From: a virus
Taxonomy: Duplodnaviria; Heunggongvirae; Uroviricota; Caudoviricetes
Virus record (IMG/VR): IMGVR_UViG_3300034102_002786
Span: 1-18,412 of that record
DNA: 18,412 nt
Direction: 5' to 3' (one strand)
Positions 1 through 7,592 of this stretch are shown piece after piece. The notes under the pieces are model-generated. The model ran no database searches and was not told the origin of the DNA. It saw only the letters and a program-made list of their open reading frames with translations. Numbering within the stretch: position 1 is the first letter of the stretch; every line of letters begins with the position of its first letter. The position numbers and the translations under genes were made by a program.

Positions 1-585
1 TTAGTTGGAGTTGCCTGTTATGGTGACCCGGTTGGTAGAAACGCCGGAGCATCAATTTCCGAATTACTTCCTAGAGATGGTGTATTAGAATTGACAAGAC
101 TATTCGTATTCGATGGGTATGGTAGTAACATTGAAAGTTGGTTCGTTGGACAAACTTTCGAATGGTTAAGAACTAATGTACCTCGTATCAAAGCACTTAT
201 ATCTTATTCAGACCCAAATGCTGGGCACTTAGGAACGGTATATCAAGCTACCAATTGGATATATCAGGGTAATAAAATCAGATGGTCAGATAGTTGGAGT
301 TTCAAATGGAGTGAAGATGATGAATGGCATCATTCTCGGACATCTTATGTGAAGTACGGAACGAATGACCCGAAGATAATTCAGACAATGGTTACAAGCC
401 CATTCTGGATTAAAAGAGAACCCCGTAAGCACCGATATGTGTATATTCTAACCAAAGATAAGAAGGAGCGTAAAGCCCTCTTAAAATCACTTAAACATGA
501 GGTCTTTCCGTATCCAAAGGTAGAGTTGGATATTATTGATGAAGTTCATAGAATGGACCCGATAGATTTGGTAGTTTCAGAATAA
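1..585 (+). CDS. mom: Mom-like GNAT-fold DNA (adenine) modification enzyme, paralog 1, 5'-truncated
   Basis: Frame 1 is open from base 1 (LVGVACYGDPVGRNAG...VLELTRLF), so the track start at 91 is internal. It has the Mom-family motifs LELTRL, LISYSDPNAGHLGTVYQATNWIYQG and KHRYVY. Confidence 0.75.
   Translation, partial: LVGVACYGDPVGRNAGASISELLPRDGVLELTRLFVFDGYGSNIESWFVGQTFEWLRTNVPRIKALISYSDPNAGHLGTVYQATNWIYQGNKIRWSDSWSFKWSEDDEWHHSRTSYVKYGTNDPKIIQTMVTSPFWIKREPRKHRYVYILTKDKKERKALLKSLKHEVFPYPKVELDIIDEVHRMDPIDLVVSE
241..271 (+). repeat. 31-nt perfect direct repeat, copy 1 (copy 2 at 1423-1453)
   Basis: TATCAAGCTACCAATTGGATATATCAGGGTA is identical at both positions and encodes YQATNWIYQG in both Mom-like genes. 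Confidence 0.85.
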
Positions 586-598
586 TTTCGTATATTTG
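567..598 (+). promoter_or_regulatory. Bacteroidota-type sigma70 promoter (P1)
   Basis: TTTG at 567-570, 20-nt spacer, TATATTTG at 591-598, matching the -33 TTTG / -7 TAnnTTTG consensus. ATG follows at 613. Confidence 0.7.
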
Positions 599-612
599 TA
601 TAAATTTATGAT

Positions 613-861
613 ATGGCAGTATCTAAAGGACCAATAGAAAAACCCACAAAGTTTGAACACGTATATAAAGATGATGATGGGGTTGAATCAGTTTGGAAAT
701 ATGATTTAAAGAAATTTCCAAATGGACCTATTGAAGTAACAAACAAATATCCAGCCGGCTATGATAAACAAATGAAGCAAAGAGCAAAGTTGGCAAAGTT
801 GGAAAAGAAACAATCAACATTGGAAAAAGCATTAGCAAATGGCAAAGCTAACAAAGGATAA
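613..861 (+). CDS. Hypothetical protein, 82 aa, basic C-terminal helix
   Basis: ORF directly downstream of P1 on the coding strand; no recognisable motif. Confidence 0.6.
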   Translation: MAVSKGPIEKPTKFEHVYKDDDGVESVWKYDLKKFPNGPIEVTNKYPAGYDKQMKQRAKLAKLEKKQSTLEKALANGKANKG

Positions 862-1003
862 GGAAGGTTATTATATAATTGATAGTTGGGAAAAGTTGGA
901 AGAATGGCAGAAGATGACAAACCTAACGCCGGCTGAAAAAAAGAAATTAAAAAAGGAATTGGAAACCAATCCACCTAAAAAAGATAAAAAGAAATTCTGG
1001 TAA
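839..1003 (+). CDS. Small basic hypothetical protein, 54 aa (not in ORF track)
   Basis: Manual translation gives MAKLTKDKEGYYIIDSWEKLEEWQKMTNLTPAEKKKLKKELETNPPKKDKKKFW. It fills the gap exactly and its TAA overlaps the next ATG (TAATG, 1001-1005). Confidence 0.6.
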   Translation: MAKLTKDKEGYYIIDSWEKLEEWQKMTNLTPAEKKKLKKELETNPPKKDKKKFW

Positions 1004-1803
1004 TGAAAGTAGAAGGTAAACAATATTGTGATGTAAGTAAAGTGTACATCGCACCAATAGCTAAAAATATCGCAAAAGATATTATTGTTCAGAGACACTA
1101 TACTCACGCTTGGACATCTTGCCGTTATGCATTAGGTATCTATTATAAATCAGAAGATGCTATGACCTTTGATGGTGATAAACTTATAGGTTGTATTATT
1201 TACGGATTCCCTGTTGGAGCAAAAGCAGCAACATCTGTTTGTGAAGGATTGACTAAAGATAACATTTTAGAATTGACCCGTTTGTATTGTGATGATGGTT
1301 ATGGTTCTAATATTGAATCATATGCAATATCACAATCGTTTAAGTGGATTAAAGAAAATGATAAAAATATTAAGTTGTTACTATCTTATGCTGATGCAGG
1401 ACAACAACACTTAGGAGCAATTTATCAAGCTACCAATTGGATATATCAGGGTATTTCATCTGATATTGCATTAATGCCAAATTGGGGTATATCTTTGCAA
1501 GAAAATCCTTACAAATGGATTCATAGTAGAACTGTATTCAGTAAATGGGGTAGTGGTAACTTAGAGCATTTAAAAAATGAAATTGGTAAAGAAGGTTATC
1601 AATACTTTTGGAGAAGAATGGAGCCACCAAAGCACCGATATGTACAATTACTTCCACAAGATAAGAAAGAAAGAAAGGCTATGATGAAGGCACTCAAACA
1701 TCCCATCAAATCATATCCAAAAAGTGCTACCGATTTTAACACCGAAGTGGTAAGACATGAAACGAATTATGTAGCACCTGAAGGGGCTGAAAACTATTGG
1801 TAA
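1003..1803 (+). CDS. mom: Mom-like GNAT-fold DNA (adenine) modification enzyme, paralog 2
   Basis: Motifs HYTH, LIGCIIYGFP, ILELTRLY, LLSYADAGQQHLGAIYQATNWIYQG and KHRYV; aligns with paralog 1 over the whole shared length. Confidence 0.78.
   Translation: MKVEGKQYCDVSKVYIAPIAKNIAKDIIVQRHYTHAWTSCRYALGIYYKSEDAMTFDGDKLIGCIIYGFPVGAKAATSVCEGLTKDNILELTRLYCDDGYGSNIESYAISQSFKWIKENDKNIKLLLSYADAGQQHLGAIYQATNWIYQGISSDIALMPNWGISLQENPYKWIHSRTVFSKWGSGNLEHLKNEIGKEGYQYFWRRMEPPKHRYVQLLPQDKKERKAMMKALKHPIKSYPKSATDFNTEVVRHETNYVAPEGAENYW
1423..1453 (+). repeat. 31-nt perfect direct repeat, copy 2 (copy 1 at 241-271)
   Basis: Same 31-mer as 241-271. Confidence 0.85.
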
Positions 1804-1807
1804 TATG

Positions 1808-1832
1808 TAACTCATTGATAATCAATTGATTA
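1808..1832. promoter_or_regulatory. Interrupted palindrome, possible protein-binding site
   Basis: TAA-ctc-ATTGAT-a-ATCAAT-tga-TTA in the intergenic gap; function not established. Confidence 0.3.
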
Positions 1833-1838
1833 TAAATT

Positions 1839-1873
1839 ATCCCCTAATTTATTTGGCAAATTGGGGGATTTTT
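1839..1873 (+). terminator. Intrinsic terminator ending the mom operon
   Basis: 12-bp stem ATCCCCTAATTT / AAATTGGGGGAT with one G-U pair, a 7-nt loop and a following T-run, 35 nt after the stop at 1803. Confidence 0.7.
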
Positions 1874-1883
1874 CGTATCTTTA
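1852..1883 (+). promoter_or_regulatory. Bacteroidota-type promoter (P2)
   Basis: TTTG at 1852-1855, 20-nt spacer, TATCTTTA at 1876-1883; overlaps the terminator hairpin. Confidence 0.65.
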
Positions 1884-1919
1884 CATAGTAAAATTTTTAA
1901 AATCATAAAACATAAAAGA

Positions 1920-3197
1920 ATGAATTTATTTGCAAATAAACCGGAATCAGTTAAAGATGTTCAGTTAGGAAATATGCCCACTACATATGAGGGATATTTA
2001 TATCGTTTTACCGATATGGATACCAATAGAGTATATGTTGGTGTCCATAAAGGATATGTTGGTGATGGTTATTGGCATTCATCACAAAATAAAGAGTTTA
2101 ATAAACTATTATCTAATACCGATTCTAATCTTAAATTTGAAATTTTAGAATATGGTGATTATAATCAAATGACTGTGTCGGAACACAAAATACTTTCTGA
2201 AGCTGATGCTAAAAACAATCCTATGTATTTCAATTTAACAAATGGAGCTCCAAAGTATAAACCAATTGATGTGGATAAAGTTAAGGAGTTAGTTGCAAGA
2301 ATTGAAAATGGCGAATTTACATTGGATACAAAAGAATCAATAGAAGAAGTAAGTAAGTACTTTAAGTTACAGGTAAGGTTTTTAGAAAATCCTGAGCATG
2401 TAAGAGAAATTTCAGAAAAGATTGATGATGCGGGTGGAAATACTGATAAATGTAACCCAGTGGTTGTAGCTAAAGCTAGACAAGCTGGTAATAATGTTAT
2501 TATTGATGGAAACCATACAGTTGCTGGTATTCTTAAATCAAAGCATGGTAGAGATGTTATTGTTGCTGTAATTCCTGAAGATGTACATAATGAATATACA
2601 AATGAGGAATTAATAGCAGTTGGTAATCTTTTAAATAGACCTTCTGATGTAGTAAAGCAACGTGCTAGTAAGTTGGATATGATAAAATATATCCAAACTC
2701 AACACTTAAAAGGAGTACCAGTAAATGATTCATCTAACAAAGAGTTTCTTAAAGAAATGAAGTTTACAAATAAACAAATAAAATCAATTCTTTTAGAAGC
2801 TCAGAAAGAAATAGATAAAGATGATTTAAAGAAGGCCAATCAATTGTGGATTGATTATACAACTGGGTCTGGTAAGAAAGCTTTGGAAGCAAAAAAAGAT
2901 AGTACTAAAGATAAAGATACAATGTGTATAGCTTTATCATCAGCAATGTTTAAGTGGGATAATATTTTTAATCATATATTTAGTGAAACTGAAATTGATA
3001 AGAAAACAAAAAGTAGAGAAAAGACAAAATCAAAGTTGGTTATATTGGTTCATCACAACGGACCAGCTGCTGAAGATAAGTGGAAGCAAGATTATCAACC
3101 GGATGCAATTGCAAAATTAAAATATTTCTTACATCCACTTAAATATACATTTCAAATTATTGAAATGCAAACAACAATTACAAATCAATTAGATTAA
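1920..3197 (+). CDS. GIY-YIG (Seg-like) domain fused to a ParB/Srx-like domain
   Basis: N-terminal GYLYRFT...VYVGVHKG...DGY...FEILE...SE...YFNL resembles Seg-type GIY-YIG domains. Central PVVV...VIIDGNHTVAG resembles the ParB-N motif. Confidence 0.6.
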   Translation: MNLFANKPESVKDVQLGNMPTTYEGYLYRFTDMDTNRVYVGVHKGYVGDGYWHSSQNKEFNKLLSNTDSNLKFEILEYGDYNQMTVSEHKILSEADAKNNPMYFNLTNGAPKYKPIDVDKVKELVARIENGEFTLDTKESIEEVSKYFKLQVRFLENPEHVREISEKIDDAGGNTDKCNPVVVAKARQAGNNVIIDGNHTVAGILKSKHGRDVIVAVIPEDVHNEYTNEELIAVGNLLNRPSDVVKQRASKLDMIKYIQTQHLKGVPVNDSSNKEFLKEMKFTNKQIKSILLEAQKEIDKDDLKKANQLWIDYTTGSGKKALEAKKDSTKDKDTMCIALSSAMFKWDNIFNHIFSETEIDKKTKSREKTKSKLVILVHHNGPAAEDKWKQDYQPDAIAKLKYFLHPLKYTFQIIEMQTTITNQLD

Positions 3198-4312
3198 TGA
3201 ATTTTTGGGAAGGGCAATTAAGTAAAGAAGCAAGGCGTGTTTTGGTGATACCTAATATCACCAATTCCGCTAATATAGAAAAGGATTCATTCGTTGATGT
3301 TATCTATAACCATATAAAAGGTTTAGAGCAACACGGAGAATACTTTTGGAATATTATACTACCCGAGCCGGTTAAGAAATTGAATTTACTAAATGTAAAG
3401 CAGCATATCTTACCCTTCTCTGGTGATATGATTAAAATGCGTACCTATCCGCCGGATTTCAATAAGCTGTTAGAAACATTAGAGTATGATGTTATCTATT
3501 CACATTTGCCTGATTGGCCTCAAGTTGGAAGATATAAGAATTCATTTGATACTAAAATAATTGGATATTGCCATTGGTGGGAAATGAAATCCTGCAATGC
3601 GGAAGATAGAAAAAATAAATGGAGATGGATGCCAATTGAATTATTAGGTATATCTCAAATGGAAACTTGCTACCTTAATACACAAGACCAAAAGAATAGA
3701 GTATTAGAAGAAGCTAAGATTTGGTTCAATGATGAGTTTGTTAAAAAGCTAGATGATATTTTAGTGGTATGGAACTTAGGTTTACCAAAACAAAATGTAA
3801 TAGAATCAGCATCGGAAGAAAAACGAAATATTATAGTATTCAATCATAGAGCAGCAGCTTATAAAGGTTATCCCGCTTTCATTAAATTGATGGAAGAATA
3901 TAGGGAACGTAGACAAGATTTTAGTGTATGGGTGCCTCAATTAAAAGGAACACCGGAACATAATTGGATTGATGCTACTAAACTTCCAAAGCATGAATAT
4001 TATGGTAGATTACAACAATGTAAAGTTGGTATTCAAATGAGGCAAACAAATTATGGTTGGAGTGTATCGGCAACGGATTGCTTGATGAATGGTACACCAA
4101 TGATATATCAAGAATCACTATGTTATCAGGAAATAGAACCAAACGGATTGTTCTTTAAATTTAAAAAAGACCTATTTGAACTATTAGACAAGATATTGGA
4201 TGACGATACTTATAGAAAAGAAAGAGAACAAAAAAGTATTGAAAGAGCATTAGAACTTTCAGAAAATGAAGGAAAGATGCTTATTGAATTACATAAAAAA
4301 TTAAAAGAATAG
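3197..4312 (+). CDS. GT-B fold (GT4-like) glycosyltransferase, possibly DNA-modifying
   Basis: IIVFNHRAAAYKGY, YGWSVSATDCLMNGTPMIY (non-canonical version of the E-x7-E donor motif) and a GT-B-type C-terminal helix. It overlaps the upstream stop (TAATG) and abuts polB. Confidence 0.7.
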   Translation: MNFWEGQLSKEARRVLVIPNITNSANIEKDSFVDVIYNHIKGLEQHGEYFWNIILPEPVKKLNLLNVKQHILPFSGDMIKMRTYPPDFNKLLETLEYDVIYSHLPDWPQVGRYKNSFDTKIIGYCHWWEMKSCNAEDRKNKWRWMPIELLGISQMETCYLNTQDQKNRVLEEAKIWFNDEFVKKLDDILVVWNLGLPKQNVIESASEEKRNIIVFNHRAAAYKGYPAFIKLMEEYRERRQDFSVWVPQLKGTPEHNWIDATKLPKHEYYGRLQQCKVGIQMRQTNYGWSVSATDCLMNGTPMIYQESLCYQEIEPNGLFFKFKKDLFELLDKILDDDTYRKEREQKSIERALELSENEGKMLIELHKKLKE

Positions 4313-6829
4313 ATGTATCAAAATTGTTATTATCAAAGAGAAAAGAATTTAGTGCACATTTGGGATGATAAATTGGGATACCGCACTTTCCCATATAGTA
4401 GATATGCTTATGAGAAAGCTGATAGAGGTGAATATGTTTCTCTTTATGGTGATAGGCTAACTAAAATATGGAAATTCAAAAAAGATGATCCTGAATTATT
4501 TGAATCTGATGTTCCTGAAACCACACGTGTTTTAGTTGATACCTATACCGATTCCGATATTCCATCGGAAGGGCATGTTACGCTTACATACGATATTGAG
4601 GTTGAAATGGAAACGGGTTTGCCTGATATGGAAAAAGCAGAGAACGAACTTACAGCGATAGGTTTGCACGATTCTGCTACTGACCATTATTGGGTTCTTA
4701 TTATGGATAAGGCTGGTAAGATGAAAGAAAGTAATACCGGTAATAGAACTGTAATTCCATTTAGAGATGAAAGGGATATGATTTTAAAGTATTTGGATTT
4801 GTATGAAATGATAAATCCAAGTATTGTTACTGGGTGGAACATTGATTATTTTGATACTCCTTACTTATACAATCGTATTAAACGATTATTGGGTGCTAAA
4901 CACGCTAATAGGCTATCACCAATCGGAGAATGTTTCTGGTCACCATATCGTAAGAGATTCTTTATGGCAGGTGTATCGTATTTGGACTACTTACAATTAT
5001 ATCGTACATACACTTATTCAGAATTGGATAACTATCGTTTAGATTCTATCGCTATGAAAGAACTTAAACGTGGTAAGGTTGAATATAAAGGTAACTTAGA
5101 TGAATTGTTTAAGAATGATATTGAAAAGTTTATTGAGTATAACTTAATTGACGTTGACCTCGTAGTATCATTGGATAGAAAATTACAATTCATTGATTTG
5201 TGTAGAGGTATATGCCACGCTGGACATGTTCCGTATGAAGATTTCGTTTACTCATCTAAATACTTAGAGGGTGCGATGCTTACTTACCTTAAAAGAAAGA
5301 ATATTGTAGCACCAAACAAACCTGCGGATAGACAAGAACGTATGGAAGCAATCCGTGAGAATCACGAAGAGAAGTTTATTGGAGCATATGTTAAAGCACC
5401 TATCGTTGGTAAATACGAATGGATATATGACTTGGATTTAACTTCACTTTACCCATCAATCATTATGACTGTAAACATCAGTCCTGAAACTAAGATTGGT
5501 AAGATTAATGATTGGGATGCACAAAAGTTTATGAAAGGTGAAGTTGATATGTACACAATTGGTGATAGGCAGATTACAAAAGAAAACTTAAAGAAACTAT
5601 TTGAAGAAGCTAAGTGTTCGGTAGCATCAAATGGTGTCCTATATAAAACTGATAAGCCGGGTTGTATCCCTGATATTCTTAATTTATGGTTTGACCAAAG
5701 GGTTGAATTCCGTAAGTTGGAGAAGAAGTTTGGTGAAGCTGGTGATAAAGAAAAATACGCATTTTATAAGAAAAGACAGCTGGTACAAAAGATTCTATTG
5801 AACTCTCTTTATGGAGTATTAGGATTACCTGCTTTCCGTTTCTATGATGTGGATAACGCTGAGGCGGTAACACTAACAGGTCAGACCGTAATTAAATCAA
5901 CTGCGGATATGGCTAACATTAAATACAACAAAGAGTTGGGAACTAAAGGCGGTGATTATAACATTTATATTGATACTGATTCCGTATTCTTTTCAGCAGT
6001 TCCTATCTTAGATTTTAGATTTCCTGATTGGAAACAAAGAGAAGATAGTGAGATTGCACAATTAGTGGATGGTATAGCTGGTGAAACGCAGGATTTCTTA
6101 AATAACTTTTATGATGTATTGGCTGAAAAAATATTCAACGTAGCAAAAGAAAAACATCGTTTCCAAATTAAAAAAGAGTTTGTTAGTAGAAGTGGTATTT
6201 GGATTGCTAAGAAAAGATACGCACAATGGATTGTGGCTGAGAATGGTATTCCGATGGATAGATTGGATGTGAAAGGATTGGACGTAGTACGTTCATCGTA
6301 TCCGGCCGAGTTCCGTAAATTTATGGGTGAAGTTCTTATTCAAATTCTAAAAGGTGATACTGAAGATATTTTGACTGATAAGATTCAGGCATTCAAAAAA
6401 GATTTGGTTAATATGGATGTAACTTCAATAGCTAAGAATTCGGCTGTAAAGGAATTATCTAAGTACATGCCTAAGAAACCAACGGCAATGTTCCAATTTG
6501 CATCAGCAACTCCGGCGCACGTTAAAGCAGCAATTGCACATAATCAATTATTAGTTCACTTTAAATCTCCATCTAAATACGAACCAATGAGAGATGGTGA
6601 TAAAGTTAAATGGGTATATCTAAAACAAAACCCATACGGATTAGAGGGATTGGCATTTAAAGGATATAATGATTCACCTGAGATTATGGAGTTGGTAACT
6701 CAATATATTGATTATGACAAAATCTTTGAAAGGGAGTTATTAAAGAAATTAGAGGATTTTTATGGAGCATTAGGATGGGGAGAGGTACTTTCCGCAGCTA
6801 AAACCGCTGAAAAATTCTTTTCATTTTAA
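4313..6829 (+). CDS. polB: Family B DNA polymerase with 3'-5' exonuclease (T4 gp43-like)
   Basis: ExoI YDIEVE, ExoII GWNIDYFD, ExoIII YNLID; polymerase motifs DLTSLYPSII, KILLNSLYG and YIDTDS; aromatic C-terminal tail KFFSF; no intein. Confidence 0.97.
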   Translation: MYQNCYYQREKNLVHIWDDKLGYRTFPYSRYAYEKADRGEYVSLYGDRLTKIWKFKKDDPELFESDVPETTRVLVDTYTDSDIPSEGHVTLTYDIEVEMETGLPDMEKAENELTAIGLHDSATDHYWVLIMDKAGKMKESNTGNRTVIPFRDERDMILKYLDLYEMINPSIVTGWNIDYFDTPYLYNRIKRLLGAKHANRLSPIGECFWSPYRKRFFMAGVSYLDYLQLYRTYTYSELDNYRLDSIAMKELKRGKVEYKGNLDELFKNDIEKFIEYNLIDVDLVVSLDRKLQFIDLCRGICHAGHVPYEDFVYSSKYLEGAMLTYLKRKNIVAPNKPADRQERMEAIRENHEEKFIGAYVKAPIVGKYEWIYDLDLTSLYPSIIMTVNISPETKIGKINDWDAQKFMKGEVDMYTIGDRQITKENLKKLFEEAKCSVASNGVLYKTDKPGCIPDILNLWFDQRVEFRKLEKKFGEAGDKEKYAFYKKRQLVQKILLNSLYGVLGLPAFRFYDVDNAEAVTLTGQTVIKSTADMANIKYNKELGTKGGDYNIYIDTDSVFFSAVPILDFRFPDWKQREDSEIAQLVDGIAGETQDFLNNFYDVLAEKIFNVAKEKHRFQIKKEFVSRSGIWIAKKRYAQWIVAENGIPMDRLDVKGLDVVRSSYPAEFRKFMGEVLIQILKGDTEDILTDKIQAFKKDLVNMDVTSIAKNSAVKELSKYMPKKPTAMFQFASATPAHVKAAIAHNQLLVHFKSPSKYEPMRDGDKVKWVYLKQNPYGLEGLAFKGYNDSPEIMELVTQYIDYDKIFERELLKKLEDFYGALGWGEVLSAAKTAEKFFSF

Positions 6830-6861
6830 TTTGGTAGATTGAATAATTTTTCGTATATTTG
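6830..6861 (+). promoter_or_regulatory. Bacteroidota-type promoter (P3)
   Basis: TTTG at 6830-6833, 20-nt spacer, TATATTTG at 6854-6861, upstream of the clamp gene. Confidence 0.75.
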
Positions 6862-6894
6862 TATTTCTAAAACTTAAACTATAAAAAGTATATT

Positions 6895-7590
6895 ATGAAC
6901 AAAAGTAAATTTGATGGTTTTATCAATCGTTACAACCTTGGTGGTGAGATTGAATCCGTTATGGTAAAAGCCGATGGTAAGAATCTTTCAGTAAGAATGA
7001 TTTCAGATGACAAAACTCTATTGGGTGATGTTACTGTAGCTGAAAAGGATTTTCCAAAAGGTGAATTTGGCATCTACACTACATCACAATTAAAAGGATT
7101 GTTGAGTGTATTGGATGAGGCAATCACTGTAGAAGAAACAACTGGAGCAGTTAAGTTCGCTGATAAAGGTACTAAGGTACAATATATGTTAGCAGCACCT
7201 TCAGTAATTCCTGCGGTACCCGATTTGAAGGCTTTGCCTGAATTTGATGCAGAGATTACACTTAATGATGACTTTATTAACAAGTTCATCAAATCTAAAG
7301 GTGCATTGGCTGATGCTGATACATTTACATTCACTTGTAAAGGTGGAAGTGGTGAAGTTATATTGGGTTATTCTTCAATTAACTCTAACCGAATTTCAAT
7401 CGCTGTAGATTGTAAATGTAAAGAAGATATTGAACCAATAGCATTTTCAGCAAAGTATTTGAAAGCTATCTTAATGGCTAACAAAGGTTCTAAGACATCT
7501 TCATTAAAGATTTCATCTAAAGGATTATCACACGTATCGTTTACCGATGGTGATTACACTTCAAACTATTACCTCGTAGAAATTAAGTAA
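6895..7590 (+). CDS. gp45: Sliding clamp (T4 gp45-like)
   Basis: 231 aa. FGIYTTSQLKGLLSVL and VKFADKGTKVQYMLAAPSVI resemble T4 gp45 segments (AIYDLNGFLGILSLV, IKIADARSTIFWPAADPSTV). It lies after polB and before the clamp loader. Confidence 0.8.
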   Translation: MNKSKFDGFINRYNLGGEIESVMVKADGKNLSVRMISDDKTLLGDVTVAEKDFPKGEFGIYTTSQLKGLLSVLDEAITVEETTGAVKFADKGTKVQYMLAAPSVIPAVPDLKALPEFDAEITLNDDFINKFIKSKGALADADTFTFTCKGGSGEVILGYSSINSNRISIAVDCKCKEDIEPIAFSAKYLKAILMANKGSKTSSLKISSKGLSHVSFTDGDYTSNYYLVEIK

Positions 7591-7592
7591 TT

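Noticed and set aside
783-801. Tandem GCAAAGTTG x2
   Set aside because: Encodes AKL-AKL in a helix; too short to be a meaningful repeat or CRISPR-like unit.
759-1107. Reverse-strand ORFs 759-974 and 871-1107
   Set aside because: They are antisense to well-packed + strand genes. Their Phe/Leu/Ser-rich composition is the expected shadow of lysine-rich coding sequence.
4824-5873. ORFs 4824-5042 (+) and 5679-5873 (-) inside polB
   Set aside because: Alternative-frame or antisense ORFs nested in an intact polymerase, with no motifs.
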